In this document: one piece after another, positions 1-8,688 of the stretch | Numbering within the stretch: position 1 is the stretch's first letter | How the letters are laid out: every line of letters starts with the position of its first letter | Origin: Sandaracinaceae bacterium | Lineage (GTDB): Bacteria; Myxococcota_A; Polyangia; Polyangiales; Sandaracinaceae | Length of the DNA: 23,878 nt | Direction: 5' to 3' | NCBI GenBank assembly: GCA_044220955.1 | Contig: JBGAQA010000098.1 | Location: 1 to 23,878, forward strand | Notes under the pieces: model-generated | Seen by the model: the letters and a program-made list of their open reading frames with translations, nothing else | Database searches by the model: none | Told to the model about the DNA's origin: nothing | Program-made: the position numbers and the translations under genes

Positions 1-103
1 AGCGAGGTCGAGAGCGAGAGGGAGGTCGAGAGCGAGAGCGAGAGCGAGAGCGAGGTCGAGAGCGAGGGCGAGGGCGAGGGCGAGGGCGAGAGCGAGAGCG
101 AGA
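1..103 (+). repeat. Imperfect hexanucleotide tandem repeat (GAGAGC/GAGGGC/GAGGTC) encoding ES/EG/EV dipeptides
   Basis: Directly visible; in frame with the partial CDS. Confidence 0.9.
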
Positions 104-1131
104 CCTGCACGCTCGAGGCCTCGGCTCGGATCCTCGGCCCCGTTGCCTCCGGGCGCGCCCTGTCGATCGCCGCGGACGAGGATGGCGCCGTGCTCGTGCT
201 GGCGGACCGCGACCCGACGCGGCTCGACGCGTTCCTCGTCCCGCGCGAAGGCGAGCCCGCGCTGGCGACGCTCGAAGTGGCGGACGCCGGCGCCCTCTTC
301 GCGCTCGAGGCCACGTCTCCGACGCACTTCGTCGCGCTCACGCTCGGGCAGTGCACCGCGGACGGGCGCGCCGCGCCTTGCGTCCACGCGCTCGGCCTCG
401 ACACGTCATCGGGCCGTGTCGTGGCGCACGGCGCGCGAACCCTCGTGCTGCCCGCTCCGCTCCGGTCCTCGCGCGTGATCGCGGCGAGCGACTCCCTCTA
501 CTTCGCGCACGCCCACCAGGGTGCGGCGCCCGCCCTCGAGCGACTCACCTGGCAAGAGGGCGACCTCGCGCTGGTCACGACGCCGCTCGGACAGGGTGAT
601 CCCTCGCTCGCCGACGAGCCGACCGAGATCCTCGGCCTCACGGCGTCCGGCGGCGGCTTCGGCGTGCTCTGGCGTCGCGGCGCGACGGAGGACGCGGCGA
701 GCGCGGTCGTGCTGACGACGCAGCTCGACGAGCACCAGATCGCGGCGCTGCACGACGCGCTGGTGGTGGAGTCGATGGCCTGGCTCGCCGGCTCGCTCTC
801 GATCGTCGTCTCGCTCGAGTTCGCCCGCCCGAGCTACGTGCGGCTCGGCGCCGATGGCGAGATGCGCTCGCCCCCCAGCACGCTCCGCTTCGGCGAGGAG
901 CCGCCGGCGCCCTTCGCGGGGCGGCGCGTCGCGCTCGTGCGCGGCGAGCCCGGTGCGCTCTCCATCCAGATCCGCGACGGCGCGGGTGACGACGTCGGTC
1001 CGACCGTGGCGCTCCCCGCCGCCGCCACGCGCGCGGACGTGGCGCGAACGGCCACCGGGTTCGCGGTCGCGACCGCCGAAGGCGCCGACGCGCCCCGCAC
1101 GATCGCCCTCGGATCGATCCGCTGCCCGTGA
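1..1131 (+). CDS. Hypothetical protein, 5'-partial; Ser/Glu-rich linker followed by a probably beta-rich domain
   Basis: The frame of ORF 190..1131 is open back to base 1 (SEVESEREVESESE...TCTLEASARILG), with G/C-ending codons; stop TGA at 1129-1131. Confidence 0.75.
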   Translation, partial: SEVESEREVESESESESEVESEGEGEGEGESESETCTLEASARILGPVASGRALSIAADEDGAVLVLADRDPTRLDAFLVPREGEPALATLEVADAGALFALEATSPTHFVALTLGQCTADGRAAPCVHALGLDTSSGRVVAHGARTLVLPAPLRSSRVIAASDSLYFAHAHQGAAPALERLTWQEGDLALVTTPLGQGDPSLADEPTEILGLTASGGGFGVLWRRGATEDAASAVVLTTQLDEHQIAALHDALVVESMAWLAGSLSIVVSLEFARPSYVRLGADGEMRSPPSTLRFGEEPPAPFAGRRVALVRGEPGALSIQIRDGAGDDVGPTVALPAAATRADVARTATGFAVATAEGADAPRTIALGSIRCP

Positions 1132-1178
1132 GGACGGCGCGTGCTTCGGAGCGCCGCCTTTGCTAGACGCGTGTCCGC

Positions 1179-2276
1179 GTGCACTGGAACATCGATCCCG
1201 TCATCGTCTTCATCGGCCCGATCGAGCTGCGCTACTACGGCGTCTGCTTCGCGATCGGCCTGCTCCTCTGCGCGTGGCGGGCGCCCTACAACTTCGACGC
1301 GTTTCGCCTCCCGCGCGAGCACGCGGAGCGTCTGACGCTCTGGGTGCCCGTCGGCATGCTGCTCGGCGCGCACTACATCCACCTGCTCTTCTACGAGACG
1401 GAGGGACTCTTCGACCTGCCGCACGTCGTCGGGGGCGAGACGTGCACGGTGGGTCACAGCCTCGCGAACACCGTGACGAGCTGGGCGCCGAGCTTCCTCG
1501 GCGTCGCGCCGCCCGAGGACGCGTGCCGCATCGCGCTCGGGCGCTTCTTCGGCCTCGGATCGGGCCTGGCCAGCCACGGCGGCGGCCTCGGCTGCGTGCT
1601 CGCGGTGTACTTCTTCTGGCACCGCTACGGCCTCCCGCTGCGCGCGCGCTTCCACGACTACACCGACGCGGTGATGGTCACGAGCGTGTGGGTGTATCCC
1701 TTCGTGCGCCTCGGCAACTTCTTCAACTCCGAGATCGTCGGGCGCCCCACCGACAGCGTCTTCGGGGTCGTGTTCGATCGCTACTACACGGAGCCGCGGC
1801 ACCCGGTCGTCCTCTACGAGGCGGTGATGTACTTCGCCGAGATCGCCCTCGCGGTCTGGGCGACCAAGCGCTACGCGCGCAAGCTCCGCTCCGGGGTCTT
1901 CTTCTACGGCTTCCTGATGCTCCACTTCTCGCTGCGCTTCGTGGCGGAGTTCTTCAAGGAGTCGCAGAGCGTCGACGAGGGCTGGCCCTACCACCTCAAC
2001 ATGGGCCACGCGCTCAGCGCGCCGATCGTCATCGGCTGCGCGATCATGATCTTCGGGACGAAGCGCTTCAGCGTGCTCGCGCCGCTGACCCCGGCCGAGC
2101 AGGCCGAGAACGACGCGATCGAGGCGGCGTGGCTCGAGCGCGGCGGACCGGGCGGCCCCGCCGAGATGCCCGCGAGGCCGGAGGCCGAGGGCGAGACCGA
2201 GGCCGGGCAGGCGGACGCCGAGAGCGCGCCCAAGAAGGTCAAGAAGCGCAAGAAGGCGCGAAAGGAGTCGCCATGA
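1179..2276 (+). CDS. lgt: Prolipoprotein diacylglyceryl transferase
   Basis: IDPV..IGPIELRYYG, GLASHGG, RLGNFFNSEIVG, RHPVVLYE and RFVAEFFKE are Lgt signature motifs; several TM segments. Confidence 0.93.
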   Translation: MHWNIDPVIVFIGPIELRYYGVCFAIGLLLCAWRAPYNFDAFRLPREHAERLTLWVPVGMLLGAHYIHLLFYETEGLFDLPHVVGGETCTVGHSLANTVTSWAPSFLGVAPPEDACRIALGRFFGLGSGLASHGGGLGCVLAVYFFWHRYGLPLRARFHDYTDAVMVTSVWVYPFVRLGNFFNSEIVGRPTDSVFGVVFDRYYTEPRHPVVLYEAVMYFAEIALAVWATKRYARKLRSGVFFYGFLMLHFSLRFVAEFFKESQSVDEGWPYHLNMGHALSAPIVIGCAIMIFGTKRFSVLAPLTPAEQAENDAIEAAWLERGGPGGPAEMPARPEAEGETEAGQADAESAPKKVKKRKKARKESP

Positions 2277-2806
2277 GCTTCGGCATCGACGAGTCACGTG
2301 AGAAGGTGAGCGTCTCGATCGCCGTGCTCACCGTCTCCGATACTCGCTCCGAGGAGACGGACTCGTCGGGCCGGCTCCTCGTGGAGCGGGCGCGGGCCGC
2401 CGGCCATCGCGTGCACGCCAAGCTGATCCTCAAGGACGATCGCGAGACCATCGCGGCGCAGCTGCGCGCCTGGGTCGGATCGGGGGCGGTCGACGTGATC
2501 CTCGTGACGGGAGGAACCGGGATCACCGGACGCGACGTCACCCCGGACGCGATGCTCGACGTCATCGAGAAGGAGATCCCGGGCTTCGGGGAGCTGCTCC
2601 GGCAGATCAGCCTCCGGACGGTCGGGCTCTCGGCGATCCAGTCGCGCGCGACCGCGGGTGTCGCGGGCAACACCCTGATCTTCGCGATCCCGGGCTCGAC
2701 CGGGGCGTGCCGTGACGCGTGGGACGAGATCCTCGTGCACCAGCTCGACAGCCGCTACCGGCCCTGCAACCTCGTCGAGATGCTGCCGCGTCTCGGGGAG
2801 CGCTGA
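2273..2806 (+). CDS. moaB: Molybdenum cofactor biosynthesis protein B (MoaB/MogA family)
   Basis: IAVLTVSDTR, TGGTGITGRDVTPDA, IPGFGEL, QSRATAG, PGSTGAC and QLDSRYRPCN motifs; ATG at 2273 overlaps the lgt stop (ATGA). Confidence 0.93.
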   Translation: MSFGIDESREKVSVSIAVLTVSDTRSEETDSSGRLLVERARAAGHRVHAKLILKDDRETIAAQLRAWVGSGAVDVILVTGGTGITGRDVTPDAMLDVIEKEIPGFGELLRQISLRTVGLSAIQSRATAGVAGNTLIFAIPGSTGACRDAWDEILVHQLDSRYRPCNLVEMLPRLGER

Positions 2807-2812
2807 GGCGTC

Positions 2813-3415
2813 GTGGGGGTGGACCTCGACCGCGTCCGCGCGGCGATCGCGGGCCGGTCGCCGCGCTCGATCGAGGGGCCGGACGTGGCGAGGCGCGCCG
2901 CGGTGAGCGCGATCCTGCGCCCGGGCGAGGGCGACATCGAGGTGCTCCTCATCCGGCGTGCGGAGCGCGCCAATGATCCGTGGTCCGGCCACATGGCGTT
3001 CCCGGGAGGTGGTCACGACGCCCGCGACGCCGATCTGACGGCGACCGCGATGCGCGAGACGCTCGAGGAAGTCGGCCTCCGCCTCGCCGATCACGGGCGG
3101 CTGCTCGGTCGGCTCGACGACGTGCGTGCGATGGCACGCGGGGCGGTGACCGACCTCGTGGTCACGCCCTTCGTGTTCGAGCTCGAGGGCGCGGCCGCGC
3201 TCACCACCAGCGACGAGGTCTCGGAGATCCACTGGGCGCCGCTCGGTCCGATGCTGCGGGGCGAGCGCGACGCGACGATCGACTACGTCTGGCAGGGCCA
3301 GACCCTCAAGCTCCCGGGCTTCCGCCTCGCGTCGGCCACCGACGAGCGCATCGTCTGGGGCCTGACCCACAAGATGCTGTCGGGCTTCTTCGCGCGTCTG
3401 CGCGAGGGAGGCTGA
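2813..3415 (+). CDS. Nudix hydrolase, CoA pyrophosphatase (NudL/Pcd1-like)
   Basis: LLIRRA...WSGHMAFPGG...TAMRETLEEVG gives the NuCoA motif plus Nudix box; C-terminal IVWGLT. Confidence 0.9.
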   Translation: MGVDLDRVRAAIAGRSPRSIEGPDVARRAAVSAILRPGEGDIEVLLIRRAERANDPWSGHMAFPGGGHDARDADLTATAMRETLEEVGLRLADHGRLLGRLDDVRAMARGAVTDLVVTPFVFELEGAAALTTSDEVSEIHWAPLGPMLRGERDATIDYVWQGQTLKLPGFRLASATDERIVWGLTHKMLSGFFARLREGG

Positions 3416-3459
3416 TCATCCCGTCCACGACGTCCGCGGCCTTGAGGCATACTCCCGCG

Positions 3460-3783
3460 ATGGACGAAGGGCGCTACCTCGACCTGGCCGACGCGGCGCT
3501 CAAGCGCGTGCTCGCCGCGTTCGACGACGTGGAGCTCGACGACGCCGACGTGGACAGCGCCGGGGACGTCGTCACCATCACGCTGCGGGGCGGGCGCAAG
3601 GTCGTGCTGAACACGCAGCGCCCGGCGCGACAGCTCTGGCTGGCGGGGGCGGGCCGGGCCTGGCACTTCTCGTACGACGACGCATGCACGCGCTGGCTCG
3701 ACGACAAGGGCACGGGCGACGAGCTCTTCGATACGCTCCGGCGGCTGTGCAGCGAGGCCGGCGTGAGCGCGAGGTTCGCGTGA
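3460..3783 (+). CDS. cyaY: Frataxin-like iron donor protein CyaY
   Basis: MDEGRYLDLAD...GDVVTI...VVLNTQRPARQLWLA...WHF matches the frataxin pattern; 107 aa. Confidence 0.88.
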   Translation: MDEGRYLDLADAALKRVLAAFDDVELDDADVDSAGDVVTITLRGGRKVVLNTQRPARQLWLAGAGRAWHFSYDDACTRWLDDKGTGDELFDTLRRLCSEAGVSARFA

Positions 3784-4652
3784 GCAAGGCCGCCGCGAGC
3801 AAGCCGCACGTGCTGGCCGGCGACCTGAACGGTGAGCTCGTGCGGCGGAAGATCGTCGTCTTCCGCCGCCTCGAGCCCGGCGACCTCCCGAGCCCCGGCA
3901 ACCACCCGCTGCGTGAGAGTCCCTACCTCGAGGGCAAGATCCTCGAGATCGCCGTCGGCCGGTCGCTCCACGAAGAGATGGTCCGGCTCGCGAAGAAGCG
4001 CGCCGAGGTGCTCGGCACTGCGTCGGGGCTCTTGTCGAGCTACGACCTCGCGGGGATGTTGATCTCCGGTGCCGGCGGCGGGCTGTTCGGCGTCTGGCTG
4101 GACTACCTGCCGATGTGGTCGACGCCCTATCTCACCGGGGCCCTCGCGCTCGGCGTGATCGTCGGCTTCGTCACGCGCGTGCGCAAGCGCGGCGCCGAGC
4201 TCCGGGCGGAGGAGCAGTGGAAGGCCGCGCCGGAGCGCAAGCGCTACGACGAGATCGCCCGCGAGATCGCGGAGCGCTGGATCGCATACTCGCTCGACGT
4301 GAAGAAGGACCACACGTTCCACACCGAGGTCCGCGTGGCCGAGGGGTCCGACGATCCGCTGCGGCTGGCGTCGATCGACCCGCGTGGCTTCATCGCGTCG
4401 CCCCCGTACTTCGACCCGGAGGACTTCCTGCCGACGGAGGGAGTCGGCGTCCGCTACGAGGCGGTCCACGCCGGTGGCGAGGTGGTCACGCGGCTCTGCG
4501 AGGGCGATCGGGATCTGCCGCAGGATCTGCCGCAGGAGTACTCGAAGACCAGCGAGAGCGAGAGCGAGAGCGAGGGCGAGAGCGAGGGCGAGGGCGAGAG
4601 CGAGAGCGAGAGCGAGAGCAAGAGCGGGGGCGAGCCCGCCGCCGGGCCCTGA
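3780..4652 (+). CDS. Hypothetical membrane protein (two TM segments, acidic SE/GE tail)
   Basis: GTG at 3780 overlaps the cyaY stop (GTGA); two hydrophobic stretches; GC3-biased frame. Confidence 0.75.
   Translation: MSKAAASKPHVLAGDLNGELVRRKIVVFRRLEPGDLPSPGNHPLRESPYLEGKILEIAVGRSLHEEMVRLAKKRAEVLGTASGLLSSYDLAGMLISGAGGGLFGVWLDYLPMWSTPYLTGALALGVIVGFVTRVRKRGAELRAEEQWKAAPERKRYDEIAREIAERWIAYSLDVKKDHTFHTEVRVAEGSDDPLRLASIDPRGFIASPPYFDPEDFLPTEGVGVRYEAVHAGGEVVTRLCEGDRDLPQDLPQEYSKTSESESESEGESEGEGESESESESKSGGEPAAGP
4551..4625 (+). repeat. Hexanucleotide repeat (AGCGAG/GGCGAG) encoding SESESE/GEGE
   Basis: Directly visible; preceded by a 12-bp duplication GATCTGCCGCAG (4512-4535). Confidence 0.9.
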
Positions 4653-4700
4653 TCTTTTTTGCGCCACCGCCGTTCCGCGGTCGGTCGAGCCCGTCGGCAT

Positions 4701-4728
4701 TCGACAAACGCCCGGGTTTGGTCACTCT
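4701..4728 (+). promoter_or_regulatory. Candidate sigma70 promoter TCGACA-N16-CACTCT containing the palindrome CAAAC-N6-GTTTG
   Basis: Seen in sequence; the -10-like box lies 7 nt before GTG 4736 and the palindrome is at 4705-4720. Confidence 0.4.
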
Positions 4729-4735
4729 AGGGCCC

Positions 4736-5422
4736 GTGCTCGCCCTCTACCCCCCCGTCCTGGCCATCATGGCCCTCGACGGCGTCCTGCTCACGGCGCT
4801 CGCCTGGGCCTACGGCGCGCCCCGCTTCGCTTCGCGGCGCATCAGCCCGATGCCGCCCCTGCGCGTCGGGATGCGCGAGCGGATGCGGTACTTCCTGGTG
4901 AGCAGCGTGCTCTCGCTCGCCTTCATCGGGGCGATGACGTGGGCGCTCTGGGGCTTCGGCATCGCGGACGAGGCCAGACCCGCGTGGCGCAACGTCGTCG
5001 ATCCGATCGCCGTCATCCTGCTCTACGACTTCCTCTACTACTTCCTGCACCGGCTGATGCACCATCGGAAGCTCGTGCGCCACGTGCACGCCGTGCACCA
5101 CCGGGCGCGCAACCCGAGCGCGCTCGAGAGCTTCTACCTGCACCCCGCCGAGCTCTTCGCGGGGCTCGCCCTCTTGCACGGGTGCATCGCGCTCTACGCG
5201 CTCTGGATGGGTCCGCTGAGCATCGCGGGCTACGCGGTGCTCTTCTTCGTCCACAGCACGCTGAACATCCTCGTCCACTCGGGCATCGTGTTCGGCGCCT
5301 GGTTCACGTGGCCGATCGACTACCTGGCCAGGAAGCACTCCGTGCACCACAAGGACGACGCGGGGAAGAACTACTCCTCGCTCACGCCGATCCCCGACAC
5401 GCTGTTCGGGACCGTGGGCTAG
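4736..5422 (+). CDS. Fatty acid hydroxylase / sterol desaturase family membrane di-iron enzyme
   Basis: His boxes YYFLHRLMHH, HAVHH, VHSG and HSVHH; C-terminal KNYS..TPIPDTLFGT; hydrophobic segments. The GTG 4736 start is inferred. Confidence 0.9.
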   Translation: MLALYPPVLAIMALDGVLLTALAWAYGAPRFASRRISPMPPLRVGMRERMRYFLVSSVLSLAFIGAMTWALWGFGIADEARPAWRNVVDPIAVILLYDFLYYFLHRLMHHRKLVRHVHAVHHRARNPSALESFYLHPAELFAGLALLHGCIALYALWMGPLSIAGYAVLFFVHSTLNILVHSGIVFGAWFTWPIDYLARKHSVHHKDDAGKNYSSLTPIPDTLFGTVG

Positions 5423-5447
5423 AGCACCCGTCGACAGCGAGAGGCCC

Positions 5448-7037
5448 ATGATCACGACCACGACTGCCGTCGACCCGGCGCGCCCCGGCGTCATCCCCTG
5501 CTCCGATCCCGCGACGCGGGAGAGCCTCGGCACGATCGCCATCGACCCGCCGGGCGAGGTGAAGAAGAAGGTGGCCCGCGCGCGCGAGGCCCAGCGACGC
5601 TGGCGCGCCACCTCGTTCGCCGAGCGACGCCGCGTGCTGGGGCGGGTGCTCGACCGCGTCCTCGACGACACCGAGCGCCTCGTCGACCTCGTCTGCCGCG
5701 ACTGCGGCAAGACGCGCGAGAACGCGCTCATGGGCGAGGTGTGGACGGTCTGCGAGAAGCTCCGCTGGACGATCGCGAACGGCGAGAAGCACCTGCGGCC
5801 CGAGACCGTGTCGAGCGGCGTGCTCGCACACAAGCGCGCGCGGCTCGAGTTCCACCCGCTCGGCGTGGTCGGGGCGATCGTCCCCTGGAACTACCCGCTC
5901 CAGAACGTGATGAACGCCGCGATCCCCGCGCTGATGGCCGGCAACGCGTACGTCGTGAAGCCGAGCGAGTGGGTCGCCTGGTCGAGCGGTCCCTTCGTGC
6001 AGCTGCTGCGCGACGCGCTCGAGGCGGAGGGGCACGACCCGGAGCTCGTGCAGATCGTGCAGGGCGACGGCGCGACCGGGCGCGCGCTGATCGAAGCGGG
6101 CGTCGACGTGCTGGTGTTCATCGGCTCGGTCGAGAACGGGCGGCGCGTGCTCGCCGCGGCGGCTCCGATGCTCACGCCGGTGATCCTGGAGCTCGGCGGC
6201 AAGGATCCCTTCATCGTCTGCGACGACGCCAACCTCGAGGCGGCCGTGCACGGAGCGCTCGCGGGCACGTTCATCAACTGCGGGCAGAACTGCGTCGCGA
6301 GCGAGCGCGTCCTCGTGCAGCGCGGGATCGCCCGGCAGTTCGAGGCGCGCGTCGCGTCCGCGGTCGCTGCCATGCGGCAGGGCCCCTCCCGTCCCGGCGA
6401 GGTGGTGGACGTCGGTGCGATGGCGACGCCGCTCCAGCTGCAGGTCGTCGAGCGCCTCGTGAAGCGCTCGATCGAGCAGGGCGCGCGCGTCGTCGCGGGC
6501 GGCGAGCGGGTGATGAGCGATCGGGGCGAGTACTTCGCGCCCACCATCCTCGCCGACGTGACCCCCGCCATGGACATCATGCGCGAGGAGACGTTCGGTC
6601 CCGTGCTGCTGATCTCCACCTTCGACCGCGACGAGGAGGCCGTCGCGATCGCCAACGGCACGAGCTTCGGCCTCGGCTCGAGCGTGTTCTCGGGGAGCCG
6701 GGCCCGCGCGCGCCGGATCGCCGCATCCCTCGAGGCGGGCATGACGGGCATCAACGACTTCGGGGGGATGACCTACATGGCGCAGGACCTCACCTTCGGC
6801 GGCGTGAAGCACAGCGGCTTCGGCCGCATCAACGGACGCGAGGGGCTGCGCGCGCTCTGCAACACCAAGGCGGTGCTCGACGATCGGCTGCCGTTCTCGT
6901 TCGCGAGCAAGGTGTACCCCGTCTCGGCGCGCGACTTCGGCGTGACGCAGGGCACGCTCGACGTGATGTACGGGCGTGGCGTCGTTCGCCGGGTGCGCGG
7001 TCTCGGGCGCCTCGTCCGCTCGCTGTTCACCTCGTGA
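5448..7037 (+). CDS. Aldehyde dehydrogenase, resembling family 15/22 (MSC7/ALDH22-like)
   Basis: PWNYP, KPSE, FIGS, catalytic E in LELGGKD, catalytic C in GQNC, EETFGP and FGGVKHSGFGR. Confidence 0.95.
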   Translation: MITTTTAVDPARPGVIPCSDPATRESLGTIAIDPPGEVKKKVARAREAQRRWRATSFAERRRVLGRVLDRVLDDTERLVDLVCRDCGKTRENALMGEVWTVCEKLRWTIANGEKHLRPETVSSGVLAHKRARLEFHPLGVVGAIVPWNYPLQNVMNAAIPALMAGNAYVVKPSEWVAWSSGPFVQLLRDALEAEGHDPELVQIVQGDGATGRALIEAGVDVLVFIGSVENGRRVLAAAAPMLTPVILELGGKDPFIVCDDANLEAAVHGALAGTFINCGQNCVASERVLVQRGIARQFEARVASAVAAMRQGPSRPGEVVDVGAMATPLQLQVVERLVKRSIEQGARVVAGGERVMSDRGEYFAPTILADVTPAMDIMREETFGPVLLISTFDRDEEAVAIANGTSFGLGSSVFSGSRARARRIAASLEAGMTGINDFGGMTYMAQDLTFGGVKHSGFGRINGREGLRALCNTKAVLDDRLPFSFASKVYPVSARDFGVTQGTLDVMYGRGVVRRVRGLGRLVRSLFTS

Positions 7038-7047
7038 CCACCGCGCG

Positions 7048-8625
7048 ATGAACGAGATCAGCGACTACGTCGTCGTCGGCGGCGGCTCGGCTGGCTGCGT
7101 CTGCGCGGGCGTCCTCGCGGACGGGGGCGCGTCGGTGACGCTGCTCGAGCAGGGGCCGAGCGCCGAGGAGCACCCCGCGGTGCTGCGCGCGGACGGCTAC
7201 AAGGATGCGTTCGTCGACGACGGCGTGTTCATCGAGCGCTTCAGCGAGCCCCAGCCCCACGCGGGCAATCAGCGCATCTTCATGGGCACGGGCGGCGTGG
7301 TCGGCGGGAGCGGCGCCATCAACGCGATGGTGTACACCCGCGGCGCGCGGCAGGACCTCGACGAGTGGCCCGTCGGCTGGCGCTGGGACGACTGCGTGCC
7401 GCACTTCGAGGCGCTCGAGGCGCGCCTGCGCCTGAGCCGCAAGCAGCCCACGCGCTTCACCGAGGCGTGCGTGGTGGCGGCCGAGCAGGCGGGCTTCCGG
7501 CGATCGGACGACTTCCACGACGGAGACCTCGGCAACCGCATCGGGTACGAGTGGATGAACTTCGAGGGCGCGCACCGCCGCAACGGCTACGTGGCGTTCG
7601 TGCGAGGCCGCGACGGCATCCGACTGGTCACGCGCGCGCGCGCGCTGCGCGTGGTGCTCGAGGGCGGGCGCGCGATCGGCGTGGAGATCGAGCGGGAAGG
7701 GCAGCGGTCCATCGTGCGCGCGCGGCGGGAGGTGATCCTCGCCGCAGGCGCGCTCGAGTCGCCGAAGCTCCTGATGCTCTCGGGCGTGGGCGACGGCCGC
7801 GCTCTCTCGGCGCTCGGCATCGAGGTGGCGTCGGATCGGCGCGGCGTCGGGGCGAACCTCCACGATCACCCCAACGTGCCCACGTTCCATCGCGCGGCGG
7901 CGGAGGTCGACTTCTTCGCGCCGCAGCTCTACTCGTTCTTCCGCACACGACCGGAGGCCGACCTCCCTGCGGGTCAGAGCGACAGTTGCTACGTGTTCTG
8001 GCCGGCGCGCTCGGCGATGAAGGAGGCCGCCCAGCGCGTGCTGCCCGGGCAAGCGCTGCCGCCCGCGCTCTACGGCGGGCGCGGCAAGCGCGTGATCCGG
8101 ACCGCCGTCGCGGCGGCGTTCGCGCTCCCGCCGGTCCAGCGCTTCGTCGAGCACCTGCTCGGCATCATCGTGATCCTCGGCAAGCCCAAGAGCCGCGGCA
8201 CCCTCACGCTGCGCTCGCCCGATCCGCACGCGCCGGCGCGGCTCGACCCACGCTACCTCGCGCACCCCGACGACCTCGACACGCTCGTCCGAGGCGTGCT
8301 CCACGCGCGGAAGATCGCCGCGGCCGGGGGCCTCGCGGACGTGGGCGCGCGCGAGCTCTTGCCGGGCTCGCGGGTCAAGACCCGCGAGGCGATCACCCGC
8401 TACGTGCAGACGAACCTGATCACCACGTACCACTTCGCCGGCACGTGCCGCATGGGCACCGACGAGGCGAGCGTCGTGGACACGTCGCTCCGCGTGCGCG
8501 GCGTGCCGGGCCTGCGTGTCGCGGACGCGTCGGTGATGCCGACGACGCCCGTGTCGGCGCTCAACGCGCCGAGCATGATGATCGGTCTGCGCGCGGCGAA
8601 GCTCGCGCTGGCCGATCGCGACTGA
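7048..8625 (+). CDS. GMC family FAD-dependent oxidoreductase
   Basis: DYVVVGGGSAG FAD motif, GGSGAINAMVYTRG, SPKLLMLSGVG, VGANLHDH, YHFAGTCRMG and LRVADASVMP. Confidence 0.95.
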   Translation: MNEISDYVVVGGGSAGCVCAGVLADGGASVTLLEQGPSAEEHPAVLRADGYKDAFVDDGVFIERFSEPQPHAGNQRIFMGTGGVVGGSGAINAMVYTRGARQDLDEWPVGWRWDDCVPHFEALEARLRLSRKQPTRFTEACVVAAEQAGFRRSDDFHDGDLGNRIGYEWMNFEGAHRRNGYVAFVRGRDGIRLVTRARALRVVLEGGRAIGVEIEREGQRSIVRARREVILAAGALESPKLLMLSGVGDGRALSALGIEVASDRRGVGANLHDHPNVPTFHRAAAEVDFFAPQLYSFFRTRPEADLPAGQSDSCYVFWPARSAMKEAAQRVLPGQALPPALYGGRGKRVIRTAVAAAFALPPVQRFVEHLLGIIVILGKPKSRGTLTLRSPDPHAPARLDPRYLAHPDDLDTLVRGVLHARKIAAAGGLADVGARELLPGSRVKTREAITRYVQTNLITTYHFAGTCRMGTDEASVVDTSLRVRGVPGLRVADASVMPTTPVSALNAPSMMIGLRAAKLALADRD

Positions 8626-8688
8626 GGCGCGACCGAGATCTCGTCGGCGCGCCTCGGGGGGCCGCGTCCGCGCGCGGCCGGGCTCCCG

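Noticed and set aside
854..2272. Long N-terminal extension of MoaB in the ORF track; likewise for cyaY, the desaturase, ppa, protease A and DUF2277
   Set aside because: The extensions overlap real genes in other frames and are Arg/Ala-rich noise; internal starts have overlap, RBS or -10 support.
4634..4660. GCCCG-CCGC-CGGGC hairpin followed by a T6 tract as an intrinsic terminator
   Set aside because: The stem is short, lies inside the CDS and is 7 nt from the T tract; too weak to call.
3474..4700. Poly-(Ala-Leu) ORF resembling a signal or TM segment
   Set aside because: It is only the antisense reading of the SE/GE hexamer repeat.
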